From Prorocentrum cordatum (lineage: Eukaryota), in NCBI GenBank assembly GCA_963575745.1, contig CAUYUJ010000127.1, positions 62,001 through 117,904 on the forward strand: a stretch of 55,904 nucleotides of DNA, written 5' to 3'. A program made the position numbers and the translations under genes. This document shows positions 38,311 to 55,904 of the stretch, one piece after another (position 1 is the first letter of the stretch; every line of letters begins with the position of its first letter). The notes under the pieces were generated by a model. That model ran no database searches and was not told the DNA's origin. It saw only the letters and a list, made by a program, of their open reading frames with translations.

Positions 38311-38999
38311 TGTAGTTCTTCCTTTCGAAACATCTCAGTACCAAAAAGCGATATTCTGGGGGAAGGAGAAGGAGGAGGAAGAGGAGGAGGAGGCGGAGGA
38401 GGGCGGGGGAGAGAGGAAGGAGGGAGCGCAGCAGCGCGGAGGGGGAGGAAGAGCCCCCCCCCAAAACAACAAAACGGGATGCCGCTCCGCCTTTTTCTCT
38501 TTTTTTTTGGAGGGGGGGGGGCGTAGGAGAAGCAACAAGCGCGATTCTGGGGGAGGGAAGGGGGAGGAGGGCGGGGGAGTGAGGAATGAGGAGGGCGGGG
38601 CAACGCGGAGGAGAGTAGGGAGTCCCCCCAAAAAAAACAAAAAACTGGATTCCGCTTCGCGCTTTTTTTTGACGGGGGGGGTGGCAGAGGCAGGGACAAG
38701 TTCTTTTCTGGGGGGAGGCGGAGGAGGAGGAGGAGGAGGAGGAAGAGGAGAAGGAAACAGAGGAGGCGGAGGAAGAGGAGGAAAAGGAGGCATATGAGAA
38801 GGGGAAGACAGAGCAGGAGGGAAATGAGAAAGGGAAACCACCCTCCGAAAGGCGTGCGGCTCCGCAATCCCCCGTTCTCTTTTCCTCAGCGTTGCCTCCG
38901 TTGGCGTCCTATCTGGCCCAGCCACGTTTACATCTCGGTGCGCTTAGACCTGGCTGAGTTCACCCTTATGGCCACAAGGAGCAGGAACCGGAGGAGGAG

Positions 39000-40595
<1,596 letters not shown>

Positions 40596-40882
40596 GCGCG
40601 ACCCCGTGATCAGGCGCTGTCGCATTACAACGCGCGCATGCCGGTGCTTCGCCATCCGAGGAGGAGGGAGGTTGCTGACGGGGCCCGGGGACCCGCGGCC
40701 TGCAACACCCCGCAGCGTCGTCGCCGCGAGCCGCAGGCAGCAGAGACGAGGTGCGGCGAGGAGCTGCGCAGGTCACCCCTCCTCCATCTCCCCCTCCTCC
40801 TCCTCCTCCTCCACCTCCTCCTCCCCCTCCTCCTCCACCTCCTCCTCCTCCTCCTCCTCCTCCTCCTCCTCCTCGCTCGAAG

Positions 40883-40921
40883 GCGTCGGCGCCTCGTGCT
40901 TCGTGGTCTGGGCCGGAGGAG
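40883..40921 (+). CDS. Candidate 39-nt micro-exon (ASAPRASWSGPEE if phase 0)
   Basis: (TCC)n tract, CGAAG|G acceptor and GAG|GCGCG GC-type donor. Confidence 0.3.
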
Positions 40922-41023
40922 GCGCGCGGCCGGCAGCCCGCGGAGCAGCCCGCGGCCCGTACCGCCCGGCTCGCGGGGGGCGAGGGGGAACGCCAGGGGG
41001 GGACTGGCCCAGGGACCCAGGGG

Positions 41024-41210
41024 CCCAGACCCCCTCGAGTCATGACAAAAATCACGACGGAAGGTTTTTCTATATTTTCCGCCTCTGGGGGCCCTCACCG
41101 GCCCTCGGGACCGTCAAAAAACAAGTCAGGATGAAAAACCGGTCCCGGCGAATAGGTCCGGACCTCTGGGGGTCGCGTCATGAAAAAAATCATGGCGTCG
41201 GGGGTCTGGG
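41024..41210 (+). mobile_element. Family B 187-bp MITE-like unit
   Basis: TIRs CCCAGACCCCC/GGGGGTCTGGG; nearly identical to 25652-25839. Confidence 0.85.
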
Positions 41211-42329
41211 GGGTCGGGGGGGGGGCGGGGGCGAGAAGCGTCGAGCCGGAATCGGCGACACACCGCCGATAGATCGGCGACGGACCCGGACAGCGAGGCC
41301 GCGCCTTCCTGGGCGGGGTGGGCCGCCGGTCCCCTGTCGACGACGAGCGGCCTGGGGGGGGCTTCTTCCAGAGGGGGGGCGCGATGGCAAGGAGGCAGCC
41401 GCGCCCCTCGTGCCGCGCAGCGCGGGTCGCACGACGAAGTGGCCTGGAGCTGGAGCGGCCAGGCGAGAGGCCTGCGCACGGATCCCGAGCCGTTGGTGAG
41501 AATCCCTGGCCGTGCTTCGCGGCCACGCCTCCTGCTCGGTCTGTTGCCGATCTCACGCGGTGTCTTTCTTGTCGGCATGCACCGGTTTGGTGGCGTCCCC
41601 CCCCCCATCAGCTGAGAAGCTGGCGGTTCACATGATCGGAACTTGGTCATGACGGGAAAAACAGAGGAGCAGGCGCTGAGCACTCGACCCAGAGACAACC
41701 GGATCATTCCTCCTCTCCGTCCCCCGTCGTCCTCGTCCCTCATCCTCCGCCTCCTCCGCCTTGGCCCCCCGCGCGGCTTCGGCCGTTGCGCGCCCCGTCA
41801 TTTCTGAGCCCGCGGCGGGCCAGAAACCGCCCTTGCCCCACGCGTCCCCGGCCCCATCTTAATCGTGAGGGGCAGGGGGGAGTGAATGGGAGGCAGGGCG
41901 GAAAGAGCAGAGGAGGAGGACGAGGAGGAGGAGGAGGAGGAGGAGGAGGAGGAGACGCTGGACCAGCCTTGGAGGACGGCCAGCCTTGTAAGGGCGGGTG
42001 GGACCTCGTCCTATCGATCTCACCCTGCGGTGGCGTTTGATCCTGCCAGGTGGCCCGTCGTGCCACCCGCCGAGGGCAGGTTCGTGTGGCCAAAACAACT
42101 TGTCCGCAGTGCTGCGTCGAGGAGGAGGAGGAGGAGGAGGAGGAGGAGGAGGAGGAGGAGGACGAGAAGGACGAGAAGGACGAGGAGGAGGAGGAGGAGG
42201 AGGAGGCCATGGTAAGCACAAGTGCGGGAGTGACGACGAGATCAGCGATGCGCAGCGGGCCCGCACTGAGCACCGCATGCTGCTCGCTCGTGCCGAGGCC
42301 GCTGGCGGCCGACCAGATGGGCATCGGCA

Positions 42330-43010
42330 GTGTGCACCGTGGACGTGCACGACGGAAGCCGCGACGGGACTGGGCGAGGTCGCAGTCGAGATGGCCCGAC
42401 AGCTCTCCGCCGCTGCCGTGGCGCAGGCGTTCGTGCGGCTCGCCCCATGGCGCTGCGCGGGCCTCGACCGCGCTCGCAGCGAGCTTGTTGGCAGCATCCC
42501 GGCTGCCGCACTCCTGCGAGGTCGCCGGGCGGACGACGAAGCAGCAGCGTGGGATCTGCCTGCGATCGGCCACGTAGGCTGACATGGTACACGAGCGACT
42601 TTGCCGACCCATGAGAGAACCAAGCGGTCGCGCACGGAGAAGAGAAGTCGCACCCCGCAGAATCAGATGCACAGCCGTCCTACAACGCAGTGTGCAACGT
42701 CGGCTTCAAGAAAGTCCGGCGTTGCAGCCGAGTCGTCGCCCAGCTCCGAAGTCTAGTCAGCAAGTCGTTTGAGCGGCCCTGCAACCGCCCGCTTTACATT
42801 TTCGACGGGGACATCCTCATGGCATTCGAGTTCCTCACTCCGCAGGCCGTGGCGCGCAGCTTGGAGGCTCGGGGCACGGCACCTGTATTGATCGCCGCCC
42901 TTTCGAGGGAGGGGAGAGACTTGTGGATGCAGTGCTGCTTCAGAGACGTCGATGATCTGAACAAAATCTTGGTGCGACGAGCATGCCATGCGGAAGGAGG
43001 CTTCTTGAGG
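42330..43010 (+). pseudogene. Degenerate non-LTR reverse transcriptase (domains 0-3)
   Basis: AVAQAFVRLAPWRCAGLDRARSELV (KAxGxDxIxxELL-like), then NVGFKKVRRCSRVVAQLRSLVSKSFE...RPLYIFDGDILMAFEFL...LEARG..PVLIAAL (GF..R...D..KAFD-like), with stops and frameshifts. Confidence 0.7.
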
Positions 43011-43804
43011 AACACTGCGAGGGTACGGAAGCGACCACGAGGGAGATGCCATACCTACATCATGCGTTCAACCCGCACTGCGAGGAGACTACACCTCTTT
43101 GAGGCACCGTCTGGTGGAAGAACAGCTTCTCATCCGTGTGCACCGTCTTGCTGGACATCTTCGTTTCGTCCTCGTCCTCGTCCTCGTCCTCCGCCGAGTC
43201 GCCGTCGTACGGCGGGCGGGAGAGGGCCCCATTCCAGGGGCCTGGAAAATAAATGCCTTGGTAGACGAGGGAGGATGGACAAAGCGAGGCCCGCAGTGGT
43301 GGGGGAGGGGCGGGTAGACGGAGGGGAGGGGCAAGAGGAGCCAGGGGGGGGGGGGAAAAGGGGGGGGGCAGGGGAGGGGCAGGAGGGCGGAGCGGGGGGG
43401 CGACGGACGAAGGAGGAGCCGAGGGGACGAGTGCGCCCGCGAACCCCCGCACCCGCAAGGGCCAGGCACCCACGAGCGTCTTCGCCGCCACAGTAACCTC
43501 GAACGCCCGCCGAGGGGCCCGAGGGGAAGGACGGGCGAAGGAGGAACTGAAGGGGCGAAAACATCCGCGAGCCCACGCACCCACCAGGGCCCGACAACCG
43601 CGAGCGTCTTCGTCACCACGGCCACCTCGAACGCCCGCCGGGGCAGGGGCCGGGAGGGGAGCGGAGGGAGGGGGCAGGCGAAAAAGGGGGGGGGGGGGCG
43701 AAACTAAGCATCAGCCTGTATAACCAATCCCACCACGTTCCGCTGCGGCGCCGCCGGGGGTGTGGTGAGGCCCCCTCATAATGCGACGCCGGTGGGGTGG
43801 GCGC

Positions 43805-44758
43805 TCAGGCCACCACCGCCCCCGCCCCCGAAGGGGGGGGGTCGGCGCTGCCGGCGGCCGCTGGGGCGGCCTTGGCGTGGACCGCGGCCACCGCGTCAGC
43901 AGCGGCTTTGGCCCGCGCCACTGCGGTCGGGGCTGCCGCCGGCGCTGGGGCCACAGAGGACGCCGGGGCGCTGGCGGCGGGCTCGGCCGCGGGCGCGGCG
44001 GGCGCTTTGCCCTGGGCCTTGCCCTTACCCTTCCCCTTGGCACCCTTCTTTCCTTTGCCCTTGCCGCCGTTTTTGCCGCCGCGCCCCTTGCTGCTCTTCC
44101 CGCCCCTGCCCTTGGGGCCGCCACCGCTGGCCTCCTGGCGCGCGCGCTTGCGCTCCCGCTCCTCCGGCGTCGCCTCGGCGTACGCCAGCCGGCGCTTCGG
44201 GGCAGGGGCCCCTTCCGCCCTCGGCGGCGCAGGCCTCCCGCGAACGGGAAGGCCCGCTGCCGTGCGAAGCGGCCCGTCCAAAAAGGACAGCGCCGCCTGC
44301 ACCGACAGGGACTCCTCGCCGAACCGGAGGGTCAACCGAAAGGTGCCCTCGACTCGGCTCCTGCCGCCGGCCGTGCTCTTCGACTGGTCGAAGACGTGCG
44401 CCAGCACGTCCGCGCCGGCCAGGCCGCTGACTATCTGGGAGATAGCCCGCCCCGTGTCGCCCAGCGCCTGGAACTCCTGGGAGTCCTCCTGCGGCAGCGG
44501 CCACGGCACCTGGAGGGCCTCACAGAGGTCCTCGCCCACCGCCTTCGGCACTGCCAGGCGGAGCTCCCTCCACAACTGGCTCGGCGCATGTTCTGCCCAC
44601 GCCCTTTCCACCTTGTCGAACCCCTCAAGGACGACGTGGCAGCTCTTGCGCACCTCGCCCAGGTCCCTCTTTACGCGTTGCAGCCCACCCTCCACCGACG
44701 TGACTCTCGCCTCGAGCGCCGCGAACCTCTCGTCCACCGCGGCCCTGCGTGCCGCCAT
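43805..44758 (-). CDS. Intact intronless 317-aa LINE ORF1p-like protein (coiled coil, RRM-like region, GK-rich and Ala-rich tail)
   Basis: ATG at 44758 within ORF 43805..45139. RFAALEARVTSVEGGLQRVKRDL (heptads) is followed by RKSCHVVLEGF (RRxNLxIxGL-like) and YAEATPEERERKR (DLTxEER-like). Coding-like composition. Confidence 0.65.
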   Translation of the reverse strand: MAARRAAVDERFAALEARVTSVEGGLQRVKRDLGEVRKSCHVVLEGFDKVERAWAEHAPSQLWRELRLAVPKAVGEDLCEALQVPWPLPQEDSQEFQALGDTGRAISQIVSGLAGADVLAHVFDQSKSTAGGRSRVEGTFRLTLRFGEESLSVQAALSFLDGPLRTAAGLPVRGRPAPPRAEGAPAPKRRLAYAEATPEERERKRARQEASGGGPKGRGGKSSKGRGGKNGGKGKGKKGAKGKGKGKAQGKAPAAPAAEPAASAPASSVAPAPAAAPTAVARAKAAADAVAAVHAKAAPAAAGSADPPPSGAGAVVA

Positions 44759-45139
44759 TGCTCCCGGGCAGCGGGAACGGACGCGGACCGACACAAGAGC
44801 CTTCCTGACGGGCTCGCGGCGGGCGAATGCGACGAGAAGAGGAGAGTGCCGTGATCCCTGCGTGCACACACACACATACACACACACACACACAACAACG
44901 TGCAATGGATGCGTGGCGGGATACTCACTTTGACAGAGACAGAAGGGGGTGGGAGATGGTAGTAATGGTCCACCCCCCAACGACGACAGGAGGAAAAAAG
45001 GGGGGGCAGAAAAGAGGAAAGACAGGCAAGAACACGAGGAAAAAGCAGGCGGAGGACGGGGGGGGAGGGAGGGAGGGGAGAAGAAAACGACACCGAACGA
45101 GAACAAAAAGGGACAGGGCACGGCTTCGCACGATTGCAA

Positions 45140-46593
<1,454 letters not shown>

Positions 46594-46970
46594 AAAACCC
46601 AACACAGAGCCCCTCATGGGGGCGGCCCTCCTGCTGCCGAGGACCTTGGGGAGGGCGGTGTCGAAGGCCAGGAGACCAACGACGGCACAATGTGGAACCC
46701 GAAGGAACCTGCCCTCCCCCGGTGCAGGGTAAACCTACACCGGCACGAGGGGCAGCGCGAAAGCTGACCCCTGGGCTGCAGCAGACGCGAAGAGAAACGC
46801 CACGAGCCGTGCCTGACAAGAGAAAAAACCCGAGGACCAACGACGGACAGACCATTACTGCCAACGGAAGGAACAGGGGGCGGGGGCGTAGAGCGAATGG
46901 GGGGGGGGATGGAAGGGCGAATACCCCAACGAGAATCGATGCAACTACGCTCCTGCTTTCGTCAGTCTCC

Positions 46971-48512
46971 CTACCCGTGCCCCCGCTTCGGGGCAGCTGC
47001 CTTTCCCGACTTCGCCCTCCTTTCCCCCTGCACCCCCCCGGGGCCGTAGTGCAAGGTGCGCGCGTATCGAAGCTGACTACGGTCTCTCGGTCGGACCATC
47101 ACGTGGTCTAGCTGGTGCCAAGACCGATAACGTGGGTGGAGCCAGGTGCTGGGCAGCCTCTGGGCGAACGCCGTGCTTGCTACGAACAACGCCTCTTCCT
47201 GACAGAACGCCAGGAGGTCCACACCCGTTGCCGTCCGACGACGCTCCCCGTGGACCCCCAAAGCCGCTCGTTCAACGACGTCTTGCGGCCTTCCCACCTC
47301 AGCGTTCCAATCGCCACCCACCACGAGGAGATTATCTGCTCCCCTGCTCCGTGTCTCCACCCAGCGGACCTCGTCGTAGAAGCGCTCTCGCGCCTCTGAT
47401 TGTTGAGATCCAGACACCGGTGCGTACACGCACAGCAAGGACAGCCCTCGCCGAAAACCTTTGCGAGGAAAAATCAATCCCATGCACCTGGTGCTTTTAC
47501 GTTCGTGCCCACCTCGCACGACAACCTTGCCCCCCCCCTCCCTCCAGACCCGTGCTAGCTTCGCGTTCAAAACTATCCCCACGCGGCCGCGGATGATCAG
47601 AGTCCACTTCTGTCCTCTGCAGATATACTCCCGCACGCCATTGTGAGCAAAGGCCAGATCACTGAGCAGACCATACGACCACCCACGGACCGCCAGGAGG
47701 GTCAGGATACATTGGATCTTCATCTCCGGGTCCCCCACCCCCCCGAAAGCCCCCAACTTACGAGTGTTCCAAGTGCCCCCAATGAGGGTCTGAGCGCGGG
47801 GGCGTCTCTGCTTACGCAAAATGGATAGGCGATGCATTGCCTGAGACCTTTTTCGCAATCTACGCTCCTTTTTGCGAGCCTCGCGAGCCGTCCTCCGACG
47901 CTCGCGTCTCTGCGCCCTCTTATGGGACCTATTCTCTTGGTGGCCCTCAAATTCCTGTCCCGCGGGTGACTGTGGAGGCGGCCACCCCGACTGACCATGG
48001 CCAGAGCCACCGTCAGCCGACACAGCCGCCCCTCCCCCCAGATACCCTGCCGGCTCGCCGGGGCCAGTGGCGTAGCCGGGATCCCCATTCCCCCTGGCAG
48101 CCGAGGAAGGTCCGGAGACCCAACCGCCTCTACCGCCTGATGGTGGGGGTGGGGTGTGTGAAGTCCCACCCCCAAACGAGTTCCCCGAAGACTCCGGGGA
48201 CGGCTGAGCCGAGAACGAACCGAGAGACCCACCGCCAGTGACCGACAGCCCGTCCCCCACCAGAGAACCAGAGGGGGCGCCCCCTGAGGGGCGTGGGTTA
48301 GCCGGTTCCTCGTCCATGGCCCCAGCACCCCTCAACCAAAGCAGGAAACACAATCCGAAGACCCATGGATTAACTTTCCCCCCAGTTTTACACCCGGACC
48401 CATCACCGAGAGAAAACTCAGAGGGGGGGGGAAGGGAACCGTTACCCGCCGACCGCCCGTCCCGGAAGGGGATCCCGGGCTCACTTGGAGGGCCCTTCAC
48501 CTGGTCGGCCAT
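46971..48512 (-). CDS. Non-LTR retrotransposon ORF: low-complexity N-terminus plus RTE-like APE endonuclease, truncated before SDH and RT
   Basis: GTWNTRKL, GLLSDL, GRVGIVL, VYAP, RERFYDEV, GGDWNAEVG, G..G....TATG..LL.FC, TWLHPR and LDHVMV (~47790-47040). The start at MADQ (48512) is inferred; the track ORF extends to 48875. Confidence 0.85.
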   Translation of the reverse strand: MADQVKGPPSEPGIPFRDGRSAGNGSLPPPSEFSLGDGSGCKTGGKVNPWVFGLCFLLWLRGAGAMDEEPANPRPSGGAPSGSLVGDGLSVTGGGSLGSFSAQPSPESSGNSFGGGTSHTPPPPSGGRGGWVSGPSSAARGNGDPGYATGPGEPAGYLGGGAAVSADGGSGHGQSGWPPPQSPAGQEFEGHQENRSHKRAQRRERRRTAREARKKERRLRKRSQAMHRLSILRKQRRPRAQTLIGGTWNTRKLGAFGGVGDPEMKIQCILTLLAVRGWSYGLLSDLAFAHNGVREYICRGQKWTLIIRGRVGIVLNAKLARVWREGGGKVVVRGGHERKSTRCMGLIFPRKGFRRGLSLLCVYAPVSGSQQSEARERFYDEVRWVETRSRGADNLLVVGGDWNAEVGRPQDVVERAALGVHGERRRTATGVDLLAFCQEEALFVASTAFAQRLPSTWLHPRYRSWHQLDHVMVRPRDRSQLRYARTLHYGPGGVQGERRAKSGKAAAPKRGHG

Positions 48513-48554
48513 CTTCGTTTCGATGGGGATTCCCGCGAACAGGTCACTGATGGG

Positions 48555-49330
48555 ATGAATCACCTCTCCGAGGCAGGCGGGCGGGTGACGTGCGGGGTGG
48601 ATTGGGCCCTGCAAAGCCGCGGCAAGTGGGCCACTGACCGCACGGAGAATCGCTGGCACCACAGGACAAGTTGGAAGCACCGGGCTACCTGGGAGGACTG
48701 CCTCATCGATCGGAATGGGACGTCTCAGCGCGACCTCCTCAAGGACTTCTGCGATCAGACTCGGGACGATTTCGTCTACGCGACGCTCCAACGCTGGGAT
48801 ATGAAAGGGCAATCTTTGCAGAAGGGCCGTCAAATACGTGCACGGGCATCGAGCGCAGCAGCCGATTCTACGCAACCTCGAGTTTACGTAAAGAGCCTAG
48901 CAGGTGGCGCGAGGAGACATGGGTGCCAGTGCGAGCTCTGCTTGACCTCGAGGGCGACAACTGCACAATGATATCTTGGCTTGCCATCCTCCCCCGAGCA
49001 ACCTCCCATGGCCATGTGAGGAGGGTGCTATGACGCCGATGCCACCCGAGTATTGTCCACAGAGCGCCACAATTTCAAAGAACAGCTGCCATGTCTCTGG
49101 GTAGCACCGACACCACGGAAACCGCAAGGGTTGTTCGACGACGGCAGCCGCAATGGGCCCTACGGCTGCGGCCTTTGTCTTGTGGTGCTGGCGCGAGACG
49201 ACCTCGCCGTGCTGGCATGGGTGGTACTGGCCAGAGGCAGCTATTCCATTGGGCAGCAGACACGACGGTGATGAAGGCTGAATTGACGGGCTGCGAAGTG
49301 CTTGCCAGACTCATTCGCAAAAAGTGCTCC
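48555..49330 (+). pseudogene. 3' remnant of another LINE (post-RT region and partial RNase H)
   Basis: RWHH...RATWEDCL...DDFV, then LFDDGSRNGPYGCG...WVVLARGS and, after a frameshift, TTVMKAELTGCEVL (DGS...AEL RNase H-like motifs). Confidence 0.45.
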
Positions 49331-49477
49331 GAGGTAGCTCTGAGCTGGAGCTCGCCCACTGGACGACGTGACCCCGGCGGCCTCGTGAGGGCTTCGCGCA
49401 GCCGGCGGGTGAGATCCAAGAGGGTTCCAGATGCTTGTCATGGCACATGAAGCAGTAGCTGCAAATAAAACAGAACA

Positions 49478-49502
49478 TCGTCGTCGTCGTCGCCGTCGCC
49501 AC

Positions 49503-49568
<66 letters not shown>

Positions 49569-49635
49569 TATCATAATCATCACCATCATCATGATCATCA
49601 GCATCATCATCATCATCACCGTCACCGTCTCCATC

Positions 49636-49725
<90 letters not shown>

Positions 49726-49850
49726 GCCATCATCATCATCATCGTCATCATCATCATCGTCATAATCATATTCACCATAATCATCAGCATCATCAGCATC
49801 ATCATTATCGATATCATCATCATCATCATCGACATCATCATCATAGTCAC

Positions 49851-49882
<32 letters not shown>

Positions 49883-50010
49883 GTATCATCCGCATCATTA
49901 TCATCAGCAACATCATCATCATAGTCATCACAATCATAATCGCCACCATCATCATCATTATCATTATCATTCGCATTATCATTATTATTAGTATCATCAC
50001 CACCACCACG
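49478..50010. repeat. (CAT)n microsatellite
   Basis: Seen directly. Confidence 0.95.
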
Positions 50011-50796
50011 CTTCTCCTCCCTCCCTCTTATCCCCTCGTCCTCCTCCTCACGAGATTGATTTCCTGCTCTTCCGCCCCCTCCTCCCTCTCTTCCTCTGAC
50101 CTCCCCCCGCTCCCCAAACTCCTACCCGCCCTCCCCCCGCACCCTCCCCTCTCCTGTCCCTGTCCCTCCCCCGGCGCGCTGCCCCCACACCCGCCCCTCC
50201 CTATTCCGTCTCCTTGCCCCCTCCTGTGCCTTCTGCCCCCTCCGCCCCCGCCCTCCCACCTCTGATCCCCTTCGCCTCCGCCCCTCCTCCGTCCCCGGCC
50301 CCTCCCCTCTGTCCCCCCCCCTTTCTCTCGCCCCTCCTCTCGCCCCCCCTTCCTTTCCTCTCCCCTCTCCCCCTCCTCATCCCGCCTCCTCCCCCCCTCC
50401 CCTCGCCTCCTCTCCCCATCTCTGTCCCCCCCCCCGCTCCGCCGCGCGCGCGCGCCGCGGCAGCCGCCGTACATCGCGTTGCTGCGGCGCACGCTGGAGA
50501 GCTTCGGGCCCGCGCCCGGCTGCGAGCGGGCAACCCGCAGGCGGGGCCGCCTTCGGGGGGGCAGGGGGGAGCGGGCCAAGAGGAGGGAGAGGGGGGGACA
50601 AGGGAGGGGCAAAAGATGGGGTAAGCTGGGGGGGGGGTGGACGGGGAGCTGGAGGAGAAATGGGCAGAGCAGTAGTGGTAGAGATAGTTCGAGTGATTGT
50701 AGCGTTCGTGGTGTCAGTAATCGACGTCGCCGTAGTTAGCAGTCAGTTCGGAGTTACTCGTTAGCCGTGTTTCGTCGTCGGTGTAGTAATAGCTCC

Positions 50797-54324
<3,528 letters not shown>

Positions 54325-55904
54325 TTCCCAACCCTCCTTGGTTGGGTATTCGTTTTGAATATAGCAGTGTGGTCGCGTCCTTCCTCCTCCCGCCTCCCGC
54401 CTCTTTCCTGCCTCTTTCTGTCTTGCCTGCGGGGGGCTGTGAAACTGTCGCCACTTTCGAGGCCTGCTGGGGGGTCCAGCATAGAGGGTAATCGCGGCAG
54501 ATCCAAATTAGACCTCGCCCTCCCTGGGGGGCTGCGATCTGTGAAACTGTCGCCACTTTCGAGGCCTGCTGGGGGGTCCAGCATAGAGGGTAATCGCGGC
54601 AGATTCAAATTAGACCTCGCCATTCCTGGGGGGATGCGATCTGTGAAACTGTCGCCACTTTCGAGGCCTGCTGGGGGGTCCGGCATAGAGGGTAATCGCG
54701 GCAGATTCAAATTAGACCTCGCCATCCCTGGGGCTGCGATCTGTGAAACTGTCGCCACTTTCGAGGCCTGTTGGGGGGTCCAGCATAAAGGTTAATCGCG
54801 GCAGATTCAAACTAGACCTCGCCATCTCTGGGGGGCTGCGATCTGTGAAACTGTCGCCACTTTCGAGGCCTGCTGGGGGGTCCGGCATAAAGGGTAATTG
54901 CGGCAGATTCAAATTAGACCTCGCCATCCCTGGGGGGCTGCGATCTGTGAAACTGTCGCCACTTTCGAGGCCTGCTGGGGGGTCCTGCATAGAGGGTAAT
55001 CGCGGCAGATTCGAATTAGACCTCGCCATCCCTGGGGGGCTGCGATCTGTGAAACTGTCGCCACTTTCGAGGCCTGCTGGGGGGTCCAGCATAGAGGGCA
55101 ATCGCGGCAGATCCAAATTAGACCTCGCCCTCCCTGGGGGCCTGCGATCTGCGAAACTGTCGCCACTTTCGAGGCCTGCTGGGGGGCCCAGCACAGTGAG
55201 GGCCACGCGCGGATTCAAATTAGACCTCGCCATCCCTGGGGGGCTGCGATCTGCGAAACTGTCGCCATTTTCGAGGCCTGCTGGGGGGCCCAGCACAGTG
55301 AGGGCCACGCGCGGATTCAAATTAGACATCGCCATCCCTGGGGGGCTGCGATCTGCGAAACTGTCGCCATTTTCGAGGCCGGCCTGCTGGGGGGCCCAGC
55401 ACAGTGAGGGCCACGCGCGGATTCAAATTAGACTTCGCCATCCCTGGGGGGCTGCGATCTGCGAAACTGTCGACATTTTCGAGGCCTGCTGGGGGGCCCA
55501 GCACAGTGAGGGCCACGCGCGGATTCAAATTAGACCTCGCCATCCCTGGGGGGCTGCGATCTGCGAAACTGTCGCCATTTTCGAGGCCTGCTGGGGGGGC
55601 CAGCACAGTGAGGGCCACGGGCAGATTCAAATGAGACCTCGCCATCCCTGCGGGGCTGCGATCTGTGAACCTGTCGCCACTTTCGAGGCCTGCTGTGATC
55701 CCCGTTTTCGAAGTGGTAGGAGTGCTCAGGAATTGTAAATCATCAGCTTTATCAAGCCCTTTTCCTGTAGCCAGTGTCCTGCGAGTCTCCCGAATTCCGT
55801 CTGCAGACATATGTACCCCTCGCTCCGTCATCGCCCCCTTATAAAGTATCCTAAACTATTTGCGCCCCGCTTTTGCGCAGGGGTTGGGTACGTCGCCAGG
55901 GTAA
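54325..55904 (+). mobile_element. Non-autonomous satellite-carrying element 2 (hairpin and asymmetric-IR termini)
   Basis: Begins TTCCCAACCCTCCTTGGTTGGGTATTCGTTTTGAA and ends GGTTGGGTACGTCGCCAGGGTAA at the window edge; both ends match element 1. Confidence 0.7.
54432..55695. repeat. 102-bp tandem array, ~12 copies, two subtypes
   Basis: GTGAAACTGTCGCC recurs at 54439, 54541, 54643 and onward; translations show 34-aa periodicity. Confidence 0.97.

Noticed and set aside
48513..48875. N-terminal 121 codons of track ORF 46971..48875
   Set aside because: They overlap an apparent + strand LINE remnant and are probably chance read-through upstream of the likelier start at 48512.

Overview
A GC-rich, repeat-saturated eukaryotic window with one 100-N gap. 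It is most consistent with a dinoflagellate genome such as Prorocentrum; this is inferred from composition, repeat style and apparent GC splice donors, not from a search. Almost all ORFs in the track are artefacts of microsatellites ((GGA)n, (GAT)n, (GTT)n, (TAG)n, (TACA)n) or satellites. Supported coding content: (i) a Sfi1-repeat-like (centrin-binding type) exon at ~12.3-13.4 kb, possibly part of a multi-exon + strand gene; (ii) an intact, intronless LINE-ORF1-like gene (44758-43805, minus) with no ORF2 behind it; (iii) an open minus-strand ORF ending in a C-terminally truncated APE endonuclease; (iv) several decayed non-LTR (APE/RT/zinc-finger/RNase H) remnants and one Copia-like remnant. 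There are also several MITE families and large foldback structures. The most striking observation is a pair of ~1.5-kb non-coding elements (45140-46593 and 54325-55904) that share both termini (TTCCCAACC-hairpin-CGTTTTGAA at one end, GGTTGGG-4nt-TCGCCAGGRTAA at the other) but carry unrelated ~12-copy satellite arrays (89 bp vs 102 bp). This suggests a non-autonomous, possibly rolling-circle (Helitron2/Helentron-like) family with exchangeable satellite cargo. All protein family calls come from motif recognition by eye.
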